A program made the translations under genes and the position numbers. Below are positions 31,809 through 50,200 of a DNA stretch of 64,000 nucleotides, in pieces. Under the pieces are notes generated by a model. It saw nothing but the letters and a program-made list of their open reading frames with translations, had not been told where the DNA came from and did not search any database. How positions within the stretch are numbered: the first letter of the stretch is position 1; every line of letters begins with the position of its first letter. Source of the DNA: Flaccisagitta enflata (taxonomy: Eukaryota); assembly GCA_965153355.1 (NCBI GenBank), contig OZ231126.1:10292001-10356000 (forward strand), read 5' to 3'.

Positions 31809-34045
31809 CTGACAATACAATCGAATTAAACCCGAGTGATTTCAAAATTACCTCTATTTTGAAATTAAGGCTAGAGTGGCCAGTGGCCACCCCTCTGTCT
31901 CTGCCTTACTCTCACCCTGATGCACACTCATTATCACTTCAAGGTTCCCTAAATCCGATACGCATTATTTACTCATTTGTTTCACCCCAAAATACGACTC
32001 CTCCTTCATCTCCTTCTCCTCCTCCTCCTCCTCTTCTTCTTCTTTTCCATTCTCTCCCCCGCCTTACTTTCTCATTCTTGTTCACCCTCGTCTCGAAAAG
32101 GCGAAGGAGGAAGAGGAAGGGGAGGAGGAGGATGAGGAGGAAGAGAAGGAGGCGGAGCGATTGAGCTCCGGGAGCGCAAACAAGAAATTGCTCCACTCTC
32201 TCTCAGCAAACTTCGAGTGGCGTCCTTTTAACTTTTGTCTGTTTTTTCTCCTTTCTATCTGTCGAACGTCATTGTAAAAAATATTGTCAGTCAGTCTTTT
32301 TCTACACTCAAAAAAAAAAGTTTTTTTCTAATAATTATAGCAAAAAATTATATCAATCGCGGACGAAATTATATGACATAACAATTATACAGTCATTATA
32401 TCGAAATTATATTTCATCCCACCCATTTTGCCGGAAAACAGTGGAATATTTTAATTATATCATATTGAAGCTAGCCTAAAAAATCTGGATTCATTAATAT
32501 ATTTTTTATATCACTTTTACTTCGCGATTTTTCATAAAGTGCCATAACACTAAGTCTCACCAAAAATCAAAGTGTTTTCGCAATATAATAAGTATATGGT
32601 CCGAAAGAGTTGCGCAAAATGCTCATTTTTTCCCGCGTTAGAGACATCTGAAGTATTATAATTAGATTGTGGAAAAACTTTAGTAAAAATGCAATCCATT
32701 TTTGGCGACAGAGTTTTCTAAACTATAACGATTATAACGTACAGCCACTTTAACAAAATAGACAGTCATGTAATTGTTCTTTTTTCGTACAAAAAAGACA
32801 ACGCCGAAATACGACACCTATCGACCATTTCATTTTTCCAAGAACACCCAGAAGGTTGCTCTTTTGTTCAATGACGGAAATTCCTCTCGCCGCAGATTAG
32901 GCAACAGCGGCAGCGCAGCACGCCCAGCGTACTGCTGCGGACCGCAGCAAAAAATCGACGATTGCGTAAAATTTTTTACAATTATTTGTTCGCGCCTGTT
33001 GGGGATGCTGCCCGTTTTTTGTATTGGACTAATTCTTTTTTTCCCCCCTTTTCCAGATTCGTAAACGTTTTTCGAGCGGCAGCGCAGCACGCCCAGCGTA
33101 CTGCAGCAAAAATTCGACGATTGTGTAAAATTTGTTCACGCCTGGTGGGGATGCTGCGCACCCTTCACCAAGCTAACTTTGGACGGACTCGGCTTTCGTG
33201 CCCCAAAATCGTTGGAGAAGCGCAAACGCGAAGATGCTGGACGGTCGACGCCGTGAATGACGGAGGAGAATGAATTTATATGACTGAACGAGAAATGAAT
33301 GAAGGACGAGGAGAATGAATGAAGGAGGTGATGAATGAATGGCGGAGGAGATGAATAACTCACGAATGACTCATCCTATATGAATGGCCTTACGAGCTGA
33401 CTGATGAATGGCCTAGTGAATGGCCTCGTGAATAGCTTCGTGAATGGCCTCGTGAATAGCTTCGTGAATGGCCTCGTGAACGGACTTATGAATGGTCTTT
33501 TGAATGACCTCGCCGGAGATGAATATTGGAGGCGCTCATGAATTATCATCTAGATATCATTGTTATTTGTCATTTTCGTGCTCATTTTCATATCCATTTT
33601 CATGCTCATTTTCATGCCCATTTTTGTACTCATTTTTGCGCTCATTTTGATAAGGTTTTGAGGGAGTATCCGCATTTTTGTCTTGTTGGCTTTCTTTACA
33701 TCCTTATTACCGATTTTACCCCTACTTATCAAGTGCCGAATCGCGCGCGCGTAACATCCATATCGTGACTGTTTTGCGGCTTGCTAGAGACCCGGATTTC
33801 TCGCATTTTACACCGATATTCGAACAACGAACGGCCCGGCTGGACAGCCTATAGAGATCCGCGTTTATCATCAAACGGCGCGGCCGGCGAGCGGACATTT
33901 TCACACCGCCGCCGCCGCCGCCACCGGAGAAGCTTCCGTACGAATTCCGAAGGCGAGCGGAGCATCATACGTGTTCCAAAAAACACTGTTGTCAAGCAAC
34001 AATGGCCCAAAAATATCGAGTGTAAAGGAACCTCTGACTTGGCCT

Positions 34046-35068
34046 CATTGCACTTTGTTCTGAGAGTGACTCAAAATTGGACAAAATTTATCTGATGGAT
34101 TTATTATGTTATAATACTGTAAATTTATATATTATTTCGAAAAAATATTATTTATTTCCTTTTTAGTCATTTTTGTCATTTTTGTCATTTTTTTGTCATT
34201 TTTTGTCATTTTTTGTCATTTTTTGTCATTTTTGTCATTTTTGTCATTTTTTGTCATTTATTTTCATTTTTTGTCATTTTTGTCATTTTTGTCAATTTTT
34301 GTCAATTTTTGTCAATTTTTGTCAATTTTTGTCATTTTTGTCAATTTTGTCATTTTTTGTAATTTTTGTCATTTTTTGTCATTTTTGTCATTTTTGTCAA
34401 TTTTGTCAATTTTGTCAATTTTGTCAATTTTGTCAATTTTGTCAATTTTGTCATTTTTTTTCCATTTTTTGTCATTTTTTGTCATTTTTTGTCATTTTTT
34501 GTCATTTTTTGTCATTTTTTGTCATTTTTTGTCATTTTTCGTCATTTTCGTCATTTTCGTCATTTTCGTCATTTTTGTCATTTTTTGTCATTTTTTGTCA
34601 TTTTTTGTCATTTTTTGTCATTTTTTGTCATTTATTTTCATTTTTGTCATTTTTGTCATTTTTGTCATTTTTGTCATTTTTTGTCATTTTTGTCATTTTT
34701 GTCATTTTTTATCATTTTTTGTCATTTTTGTCATTTTTTTTTAATTTTTGTCATTTTTGTCATTTTTGTGTTTTTTTGTGATTTTTTGTGATTTGGGTCA
34801 TTTTAGTCACTTTGGTCATCTAAGTCATTTTGGTCATTTTAGTTAATTTAATCATTTTAATCATTTTAGTCATTTTAATCATATCAGGTATCTTAGTCAT
34901 TTTGGTTATTCTTGTGATTTTCTATTAAAAAAAAATAACAAAAAAGGCAAAAAATAAAAAAAATATTATTTTTTATATATAATATGTAATTTTACAACAT
35001 TAAAACATAAGAAATCTATCAGATGATTTTTGTCCAATTTTGAGTCGCTCTCAGAACATAGTGCATTG
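34046..35068. mobile_element. TIR element (~55-bp TIRs) enclosing a (TTTTTGTCA)n satellite
   Basis: CATTGCACTTTGTTCTGAGAGTGACTCAAAATTGGACAAAA at ~34046 matches the reverse complement of ~35013-35068. The satellite spans 34160-34900. Confidence 0.75.
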
Positions 35069-35094
35069 TGAGAAGCCGCCAGAGGCAAACACTA

Positions 35095-35610
35095 TCGGCG
35101 ACAACAACATATAACTTCGGTTGTACAACACCCACGATCGTCAAATCCGGCAAAAAGGTGAAGCACAACTGTGGGTACATGAACCACTTCGATCTGCGAC
35201 GCCACGAGCCTCCAGTCCATCGTCAAACGCATCCGCATCCCGTCCTCGACGAACCGCCGCCGCCCACAGCAACAACAACATCTAGCTTCGGCACCACGGC
35301 ACTCAGGATCGTCAAATGCGGTGAAAAGGTGGAGGACACTTAGGGGTACATGAACCAACTCGATTCACGGCCCTCCGAACCTCCAGCTGCCCGCCAACCG
35401 CATCCCAACTGCGCCTCCGACAAACCGCCGCCGCCCACAGCAACAACAACGTCTAGCTCCGGCACCACGACACTCAGGATCGGCAAATGCGGGGAAAAGG
35501 CGGAGGACACTTAGGGGTACATGAACTAACTCGATTAACGGCGCCTCGAACTTCCAGTCTCCCGCCAACCGCATCCTAATCGCGTCCTCGACGAACCGCC
35601 GCCGCCGCCA
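35095..35610. repeat. Diverged ~175-180-bp tandem repeat x3
   Basis: Recurring AAATGCGG..AAAAGGTGGAGGACACTTAGGGGTACATGAAC block. Confidence 0.75.
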
Positions 35611-35945
35611 CATTCAAACGACTCTACAGCGCGGAGTTCGAGTCCAATCGTCAACCAAATCGCTACAGACGTACATCAGGTCGACCACTACGTGCTCCAA
35701 CCGCGACTGCAACGATTACTCTCGTCCAACAGCTCGTGGAAGCCCTCAAACATCGCTGTCGACGAGCCTCCGCATCCACCGACTTTGACTGCGGCTCAAC
35801 AACTCATTTCTTCGCCAATCGAGCTGGGAATCGAGGTAAAGCAGCAGCAAGGTCCCCTCTACCGACAGACCAAGCAGCAACAACACCCTCGACCCCCAAG
35901 CACCTCGTCGAGTCGCTCAATCCGCATCCTCTTCGCCGAACTTAA

Positions 35946-36500
35946 GTCAACTTCGGTCGGCCACAAATCCTAAACTACTTGGCCCACATCGATGAAATTT
36001 CACACAGAGCTACCCCTGGGCAGGCTCAACATCCGGTAAAAATTTCAGCCCCATCGGAGATCGTCTTCTTCTTACTCGTTAAAAAACGTGGGGGCGTTTT
36101 GAAAAACGAAAATCCAACTCTTTCGCCAAACGCATGTCAACTTCGGCCGCTTATAAATCCTGAACCACTGGGCCGATTTCGACGAAATTTTGCACAGAGC
36201 TGGCCCTGGGCAGGCTCAACATCCGGTAAAAATTTCAGCCCCATCGGAGATCGTCTTCTTCTTACTCGTTAAAAAACGTGGGGGCGTTTCGAAAACCGAA
36301 AATCCAACTTTTTCGCCGAACGCATGTCAACTTCGGCCGCTTATAAATCCTGAACCACTGGGCCGATTTCGACGAAATTTTGCACAGAGCTGCCCCTGGG
36401 CAGGGACATCATACGGTAAAAATTTCAGCTCCATCGGATATCGTCTTCTTCTTACTCGTTAAAAAACGTGGGGGCGTTTCGAAAACCGAAAATCCAACTT
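35946..36500. repeat. 190-bp tandem repeat x3
   Basis: GTCAACTTCGG recurs at 35946, 36136 and 36326, and units are highly similar. Confidence 0.9.
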
Positions 36501-37267
36501 CTTTATTTCTGCATCTGCCCTGAAATCCGTTAGAGCGAGGTTCAACTGTATGTCATTCTGCCATTATTATTTTATTTTTTGTCCCCGACAAACAGTTTTC
36601 GTCGGTGACTATGTGATAGCAGTGATCGTGTAGTCTGTTTGTTTGTTGTTTAAAACCTTCTCATAACTTTGGATCCAGACTTCAGAATTTTATGAAACTT
36701 TGCTGGTGTTGTTTATAGGTCAATAGGAGCTTGTGTACCAATTTTCAAAAAAATTCATAAACTTTTACTACCCTTTGCCTATTATTTTTGTAGTAATATG
36801 TTATCAGGACTTAGGCGATTTACATAGGTAGAGGGTAGTAAAACTATGTGAATTTTTTTGATTTGGTATACAAGTAAGCGATAGTAATTGAACAGCCCCT
36901 GCAAAATTCAAATTAAATCTGAAGCCTAGTTTATGAGATAATAGCCTATTTATGTAGTAATATGTTACTAGGACTTAGGCAGTTTACATAGGCAAAGGGT
37001 AGTATAATTGTTAGATCCTACATGCGATAAAGAAAACGTTCGCTTAGGATCTAACAAATATAATCGGCTTGAGCATTGTTTTGTGCGATTCTTGTTATTC
37101 AGTCTTAGTCTGTCTGTGTATCGTTGTGGTTTTAGCAAAATAGTGCTTTTATTTGCAGAGCTTTAGCTCCTAAAACGATTTGGGCCATTTTGCTTGGATT
37201 AGGGCGATTATGCTTGGAATTGGGCCATTTCGCTTAGATTTGGGCCATATTGCTTGGATTTGGGCTA

Positions 37268-37603
37268 CCGTATCTTCTCCATAAAGCGCCCCCCCCTCCA
37301 AAAAGCGCCCCCCTCCTCTTTTTTTCTTGATATTACACTTTACAGAAGAGATTTGGACAGAAATATTTAGTAACATGATAAAATAATACAACACAATGAA
37401 CCATTTTCAAAGATTTTCAGACAGATATGCAATGAATATATTCATTTTGACTCAAATTTAGCAATTTGCTAGCCTTTCATGAAAAAGAAAAGACTCAATA
37501 ACAGTTCACGTACAATATAAAGGGGGCGCTAATTGGAGGGTTAAAAAGTAAAGTCATATTTCAATTTCAAAAGCGCCCGGGGCGCTTTTTAGAGAAAATA
37601 CGG
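37268..37603. mobile_element. Tc1/mariner-pogo-type MITE
   Basis: TA|CCGTATCTTCTCCATAAAGCGCCC ... GGGCGCTTTTTAGAGAAAATACGG|TA gives an imperfect TIR with TA flanks. Confidence 0.75.
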
Positions 37604-37900
37604 TATTTGGCAGAATTAGGGTCAGAATAGGCCTTGAAGGAGACCAATGTTAATAACAGTTGAGCCTCAAAATGGGGCTAAAAATAAGAACGCTGAGGCT
37701 CACTTCAGAAATCCATGTTCTTATAAAATGAAAAGCGTGTATAAACAATCGCGAAAAACAATGGTCGAGCCAATTATATTTGTTAGATCCCCGGCGAAAT
37801 TTTTCTTAGGCCTTAATAAATCCATAGTAACGCTAATTATCGGGAAAAAAGTCGAAGTCAGTCTTCGACTTTTTGACATATTCGAGAGAAACGGGGTTTT

Positions 37901-38187
37901 CATCTGTGAGGGCGTTTTTGAGTATTTTAGCTCATTTAGCTCACTTAGCTCAATCTATTTTTTTCTGATTTCAAATATGATAAATGAATAAATATATTCA
38001 TACTTATTTAAGCAAGCAAATTAAAAAAACATGTCAGTGAGCAAAGCTGCTCATCTATGAGGGCGTTTTTTAGTATCTTAGCTCATTTAGCTCATTTAGC
38101 TTGCTTTTTTTCTCTAATTTTAAAAAAGGATAAATATATTAATGTTTTGACTTAAGCATGCAAATACAAGAAAGCATGTCAGTGAGC
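37901..38187. repeat. Host ~150-bp tandem repeat; second unit truncated at the Polinton junction
   Basis: Unit 1 ends ATGTCAGTGAGCAAAGCTGCT. Unit 2 reads ATGTCAGTGAGC and then switches to unrelated AGTAGATGG. Confidence 0.8.
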
Positions 38188-38887
38188 AGTAGATGGAATT
38201 CCCGCTAAAATGATGAGACACCATTTCTATTGTGACAGTTAGGGGGGTAACGAAAGGGAGTAAGTCTGCATTGAACCCCATGAGCATTAAACCCATAAAA
38301 CTATCAGGGGTCAAGTGCGCAAAATTTACGGGTGAAGCGCAAAGGATTATCTTGTCAATCATGATCTTTCACCCCTTTGACCATAAGCGTGTGACCATAA
38401 GTGTGTGAACTTTCACCCCAATGATCATGGATTAAGCAAACACACGCGCGTATGGTAAACGTACGCACGCGACCCGTAGCTATTGGTCACATGTGCCATA
38501 TCGGGGATTTATGATCTGAGAGCGGCGCTACCGAAGTGACTAACGATGATCCTGTTTTACACTCGACTGATTTCTATTCAGCTTGATCAAACTTTGATCT
38601 ATGATTTCCGTTCCTAATTATATGCAGATCTGTTCAAAATGTTTGTCGCTTTTATTGTCTTATCAGGATGGAAAGATAGCTAATGTCGTGTGATAGCTAG
38701 ATAGAACATTTTAAAAAACGCGGTAAATGCGATAAATCCCAATATAATAAAATTTAAAAAATAACTTCATGCATAAAAAATAGTCAGTAACAATGAGGTT
38801 AAATTGTTGTTGGCAAGAAGAGGTAGTTGCATCAAAAAAATGAGCAATAGTTCAGAGTAAGAAAAAAATAACATGGTCAGATATAGC

Positions 38888-39661
<774 letters not shown>

Positions 39662-41384
39662 AATCCCAGCTGAGGGTCCCGTCTTGCGGTAGGTTGTGAT
39701 ATCTCGGCCGAGAAGCGGGGACGGTGGGAACCGGAATGGGCGCTGCCCGCAGGGAGGCTGTTGTTAGGCTGTAGTAGTTTTCGCTTGGTGGTTCGACGTA
39801 GGTGGGCGATGAAGAATCGATGTCGATGCGAAATTGCGTTTCATTGAACGAGTTGTTGTTGTTGTTGTCGTTGTCGTTGTTGTGAATATCGGCTCTTGTT
39901 GTTGATGTCAAATTATCGTAAATGCTGTCTGGAGAAGCTGAAGAAGATTGAGATGGAAAACTATTGAATGGAACGACGGGGACGAGGTAGCCAGAATTTA
40001 GGCGACTTGCCAGAGTAGGGACGGTAGGAAGAGGAGGAGGTCTTGTTTTATTTGCTTGTCCAATGGTATCGACGATAGTCTCGGGTTTGTTGCAGTTGAA
40101 TCCAAATTTGACGCACAAAACCAGTGAAAAAATGATGAGGATTGAAGAAAGGGCACCAAAGATGGCGATAAAGAGGACAGTATTGTTTTTAACTGCAGGG
40201 TTGGTTATTGGCCCAGGCACGGGGATCGAAATGTTGGCGATTTTTGATAAATCCGTAGTGAAATTTCGGGGTTGTGGAAGAAAAGCCGGAGAAGTGGGGG
40301 ACAAAAGCAAAGAGGAAGTTTGGAAAGTGGGAAGAGAACGGAAAGTTGGATATGAAGGATAGGTGAATGTTGAAAGGAAAAGTGCCAGATGATTTGAAAT
40401 TCGACGTAACTCGGACGTGGAAGTAGATGACGGTCTTTTTGTAATTTTTCGATGGGGGTTTAACTGTGCTGCTCGGTGAAAGAGTTCCAAAGAGCGTGAG
40501 CGTGCCCGAGTGTTGGCCGAGAATGAGGTTGTTGTGGAGGGCACCGTGCGTGAGTTTGTAGTGGGCACCGTTGTTGATTTTGTGGGTGCTTTGGTGCTTC
40601 TTGATGGCGTTGTAAATCGATTTGCGGAATTTGAGGACGATTTTGGCGATTTCCTTGGCGTATTTGTGGGCGCCGTAATCGGTCGTGAGAACGTTGACCA
40701 CGTGGGCACGGCAGCCGTAAATGTTGTTGAGACTCGTGATGAGCGAGTTGTAGGCGCCCGTGTGATGGGAGATGATCTAGGACGCGTCGCTAGTGTTCCA
40801 TGTGTGTATGAAGGAGTAACGAAGAAAGCGGAGGAGGAGCGAGGAGGAAGAGGAGGAGGAGAGGAGGGTGGAAGCGTTGGTGGCGGTGATGATGGAACTG
40901 TAGACGTTGGAGGATCCACTAGTGAATGCCACTCTCCATGGGATGGGTATCCTTGCAGCCATTGAATACACGATGATTTCGCGTGATCATAATCTTCGTC
41001 CCATCCGTGTACCTAGTCAAAGAAAAAGATAAAAAGTGGTGATATTGCATGCTTCTGTAAACGCTTAAAAATGTTTCTATTAATGAAATAAGGGGAAGGC
41101 TAACAGATTTATAAACCTACCATGTCTCTCACACAAGAGTTAAACTGATTAATCTTTTCATTGTGTGTGTCTCTTGATTTCCGAGATAGTTTGGCAGATG
41201 ACGGGAAATAGAGGATGTGAGGCAAGATTATCATAAGAATAAACCACAGGTGTAATTTCACTGGTTGAGACTGATTGTTCTTGGTTTTTATTGTTTTTCT
41301 CCGTAAGACTGCCATGGTTGTGTGTAGGATTTAAAGCAGTGACGGAAAAATTTGAGAAAAATGTGAAGTAGAAAAGGACACGAG

Positions 41385-41474
<90 letters not shown>

Positions 41475-41563
41475 GCAAACTTTAAGTGAAATTCAGTCAT
41501 TAGGTTAAGAAAATTAAATTAGGCATAACCCAAAAAAATGTCATTGATTATTTTTGATATGTC

Positions 41564-41620
<57 letters not shown>

Positions 41621-41829
41621 TTAGTGCTGATAAAGAACTCGCCCCCCCCTTATGATCGACCACCATTGCGTTAAAAACTAACAAGTTTTTTTCTTATCGG
41701 AAGGAAAGATGTTCGAGTCCAAAAACAAAAACCGCGGATGCATAATCTCTCTCTTCTCTCTCTCTCTCATTCCTCTCTCTCTCCGGCACATTGACAACTG
41801 ACTGGTTCTTGTGTGTGTGTGTTTCTCTT

Positions 41830-41919
<90 letters not shown>

Positions 41920-42113
41920 CCTCCCTGATTCTCTCCTCCTCATCCTCATCATGTGGTGTTCCATAAAAGAGGGACTTTTGTGAAGTGATGACATATTTTT
42001 GCCCATGGTGGGGAATTCGTCACTTAACAAGTAACTTTCATAAACCAAGAAAACTGTTTCACACCAAAAAAATCATTCATCAAATATTCTCTTCAAAAAT
42101 AAACGTCACCAAA

Positions 42114-42890
42114 ATGCCTAATGTATTTAGCCACAACGAAAGGAGAGATTTTTCTCCGGCAGTAAAAAGAAAAACATTTTCACCCAAAAAATCTTCCTCC
42201 CAAAATTATTTTGAGTTTTCCAACGAAATGCGAACGCGATCAAAGAATTACGCGTACGATCCAGCGGTAAACCTGCGTACCGTTAAAAGAAATGCATCAA
42301 CGAGGCCATGCCCGCGGGCGCCACCAACTAGTCCGCTCGCACTATACTCATTCCCAGCCTCGCCACTTCCGCCATCAGCGTTAGACATAAATCACGCGCT
42401 CAAGCAAGTTAAACCAAGTCGTCCACGCCCCAATGTTTACGCTGAACCATTGGACTCACCTCAAGAGGTTATCGCGTGCGGAGCGTGTTTCGGTCCATGC
42501 CTGAAGTACCGATGGGGAGCGTCCGCCATTCCCGCGCAGGAGCCGCCAGTCGAGAACGCCGGCTTCGCCGCTGGGACCGTAGCTGACGTTGTTGGCGGTG
42601 CTGCTGCACCCGCCGCCACCGCCGCTGCCGCCGCGGAGATTTCTACGCTGGAGATGACGAACGCCGGCGATGGTCACGTTAACAACGCCGGAGATGATGG
42701 TGCGATCGCGATGTCGGCGCGTGGTCGTCAACGTCAACGCCGCGATTCCACGTTTGGGTACACCGGCGCCTGGGAAAAAGAGTGGATTCCGGACTTCTCA
42801 CCAAAGGAGATCGAGCAATTACTCTCGGCCCCGCTGCCAATCACAAAAGACTTTGCCCTTGACGCTGACTTTAAGAGTTTGTCCATCTGA
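42114..42890 (+). CDS. Hypothetical viral protein (258 aa; Pro/Ala-rich, CxxC, Tyr motifs)
   Basis: Non-repetitive ORF with AAAATG start. No family recognised. Confidence 0.6.
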   Translation: MPNVFSHNERRDFSPAVKRKTFSPKKSSSQNYFEFSNEMRTRSKNYAYDPAVNLRTVKRNASTRPCPRAPPTSPLALYSFPASPLPPSALDINHALKQVKPSRPRPNVYAEPLDSPQEVIACGACFGPCLKYRWGASAIPAQEPPVENAGFAAGTVADVVGGAAAPAATAAAAAEISTLEMTNAGDGHVNNAGDDGAIAMSARGRQRQRRDSTFGYTGAWEKEWIPDFSPKEIEQLLSAPLPITKDFALDADFKSLSI

Positions 42891-43046
42891 GAAAAAAAAC
42901 CGTGGAGACTCTCAAACATTTGTAATTGTATAGTTAATTTTCCGTTAAAAATCCCTCAATTGTTAATCGATCTTTTCATTATTTTCTGTATCATTCAAAC
43001 TATTTTCATCTAAATTTTTTAATTGCTCAGTGATTGATATGACAAG

Positions 43047-46792
<3,746 letters not shown>

Positions 46793-46810
46793 AAAGGATC
46801 GAGAGAGAGG

Positions 46811-47187
46811 ATGCAAAATAAAAATGAGCTTAGTCGTCTAGCTTGGAAAAAATTTATGAAAGAACATAAATTTGGTAAATTAATTAAAAAGAAAAAAATT
46901 CGGGCAAAAAGAAAAAGAAATTATACACTAGAAAACCAATTTAAAGATTTACAAGGAAATAATTTATGGGTGAAATGTAATAGATGCGATACTGAATTGC
47001 TGATGAGAAATATAAGTAAACATTTAACACTATGTGGGAGAAAAAACCCAGCATTGACTCAAAGGGGCGGTAATAGAATGTTTCAAGGTGGTGGTGATGG
47101 TAATGATAGTAATGAAAGAGAAAACGTTGATGTAAATGAGGAAGATAATAGAGGTAACAATAATAATATTGAGGGTGGTGATGATGG

Positions 47188-47218
<31 letters not shown>

Positions 47219-50200
47219 GACAATGATGATGGTGATGATGATGATGATGATGATAATAATAGTGAAGATATACAAATTAAGATAAGCAGCAAAGAGATAC
47301 TAAATGGTTATGCAAAAATATATACTTTATACTTAGAAAAAATTGAGCCGGATTTTGATATTGTGTTTTCTAAGTGGAGCCCAAAAATGATTAGTATCAT
47401 AAGAGAGACCTTGCAGGAAAAAATAACATTTAAGTATTCATTGGAAATTCATTGGTTGGCTAGAAAAAATGGTGTGCAAATTGAAAAAGATCAAGAAAAC
47501 CAAGAAGACCAAGATAATAATGAACAAGGGGAAATACACTATGATAAGATTATTTTTTTTCACACTAGTACCGTAGTAGTAACCCGTCAAAGTCAGTTAA
47601 AACTTCAATTTAAGGAACATTACGAGGATGTACTCAGCAAGATGGAATGTTTTACTGAAGAGGCTTCATCGTGGTCCTCTTTGGACTTCCCCTCAGCTCA
47701 GCTTAAACTGTATTTTGTAAATAAATTGACCGAGGTTCGTCGATACATCCCCCCGCCCTCCACCTTGAGAGCTATGAACGCTTTGTTCATACCTAGGAAT
47801 GTTAAAAAATCATGCCTCATCTATACTATATCCGCAGGAATCTTAAATAATAGCTCAAATGGGCGTTACACGGAAGAATTACGAAGTCTCTCTTGTCAGC
47901 TGGAAGATAATGGTCTCGATTTATTGTTGGGGCCGATTTATGATAATTTAGTGAGTAAATTAAATGTAAAAAAGGACTTACCAATAAAATGTACAGAAAG
48001 AAATTTATTACGTATCTTAAAAAAACTGTCAATCCCGAAAACAAATTTTTATTTTTATGTATTTGAATCAGACCAATTTTCAAAAATTTTAGTGCAAGAA
48101 AATTATAACTTTCCAGTAGAAAAAGGCCAAAAATTAAAAGCCCACGAAATGGATGCTGCTGTAAAATCCTACCTTAATCATGGGATAACTCTATTATTTT
48201 ATAAGAACGATAAATACCCATCAGATAAATTTAATTATCATTCTAGCTTAGTGCTTAACCCAAATTTGTTATTTAACAAATGTAGTAGATTAAGGAAGAC
48301 CTCAATTCATTGCCACACCTGTTCGACAAACATAGCTAGTTGTGACTACGGTTTTCATAATATCAGATGTAGCTTGACCAATAAAAAATCCCAATCATTC
48401 ATATTACCTTCCAAAATTGAAAGACCACTTAAAAGCGGGAATTTTTTTGACCCTACATTTGAATATCTTGAACATATTAATCGTTCTAAGGTAGTTTATT
48501 TCTCAAGTTTTGATTCTGAAAGCTTTTTTACCCAGTCTAAGGTCACCGAGGGTCCAACAGGTATCAGTGGGCATAACATCCTCTCGTCAAATGTCGAAGC
48601 TACTATGGCACACTGTTACACAGGGTCTATAATGGACGAATGGACAGATGACACCCCTCGCATTAAAGATCTTAAAAAGCAGTATTTTTGCGATGACATA
48701 CGGATAGGTCATAACTCTGTCTTCGAATGTGTGCTTGACCTTATTCGGCACAGTATTTTAGCCATGCGTAATTTAGAGGAGATTAAGCGGGCCTACCCAG
48801 TGTGCAGATTATCTTTAAGTGACCAAAAAAGGGTCTCCCAGGCGACACACTGTGATCGATGTCATACTCCCTTCAATGACCCGGGGCCGGGTCAATCTAG
48901 GGGTCAAACTAAATTAACTAGGCACCACAGTCATACATCGTCTCCTTGTGTTCAGCTTAATTTTGGCACTAGAGGGGTGGGTTCTGGAAACTCAGGCAAG
49001 GGGCCCGTAAATAATGAGGACCCCCCGGGGGGCTCTAATAGGGGGCCCTTTTTGGAACTTTTATTGTGCAGTCGCTGTAACGGACGTTATAAACAGACAT
49101 TATCCCGCCATTTTGTAGTATGCCAGAATTTTTTCGCGTGGGACATTCACTACGTACTGACCACCATCTTAAAAAACAAAGAGTTGGGCTTTACCATCTG
49201 TAGAGACTTTAGAGTAGCGACTGCTAGCGCGTCCAAGTACAAAATGTTTGAAATGACCCTCTTTTGCCCTATTTGTGACATTCAAGATACCGCCGGTCGT
49301 GTTTTGACTAGAGATCCTGACCTTTGTGGGTTTAACGATCCGTTGGATGAAAGCTATGAAGGTGATGTACTGTCCCCCGAAGATGACATCCTTGATTGGT
49401 TCACAGTTGACGAGGGAGTTCAGATTGACACCGATGACTCCGCGCAGTTTGAAGACCCGGGAAACGATTTGGACGACAGACATTACTACGCGTACTCGTA
49501 TAACCCAGTGGCGGGCGGCCTTAAAAAAGTGAAAAGACGTAGGAAACACACGAGGAGATACAAGACTGCTGATGCAGCGGCTCGTCAGAAGTCGGTCCGT
49601 CGTAACTGCGCTCATATGCCGACAACACTCTGTTGGGTCGACAGTTATCTTTTTTTTCAAAGTTCATTATCAAAGGTCACAGAGACGACCAAGCGTGACA
49701 TCGATAACGGACACATGGACTTTCAAACAGCCTACCCCCATTGGCACCGCTTTTTAAAGGACCGTGAATATTTCAACTGCATTGACGAAAGACTCCTGTA
49801 TGCGAAGCTTCCATTTCCTTACCTGCTCATGGAGTCGTTCTCGTTTCTTTCTAGTACAGATAAGATTCACAGCTGGCCGGTCGATAAGCGCGGGACCCCC
49901 GCGCCGCCGGAAGACGTACAGACGCTCGATCGTGTGAGAGAGGGGTTGAAGCGATGGAAGGCCAGGCTGACGGATGGACGCGACGATCAAATTGAGTTTA
50001 TGTCGATCGCGGCGATCTACCTATTTGGAGATACTGTGGGTTTATTCGACCGTTTCGCGGAATTTTCCCAGAGCAACTATAATGAGTTTCATCTCGACCC
50101 CATAAATACGGTGTCTCTACCGCAGTATTGCTTAAAAATATTAGTTGATGGCCTTACAGAGCCTAAACCGTTGATTACAAATTCAAGTATCTATTCTTAT

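Noticed and set aside
40063-40965. Plus-strand ORFs opposite the mucin gene
   Set aside because: Antisense shadows of a low-complexity coding region.
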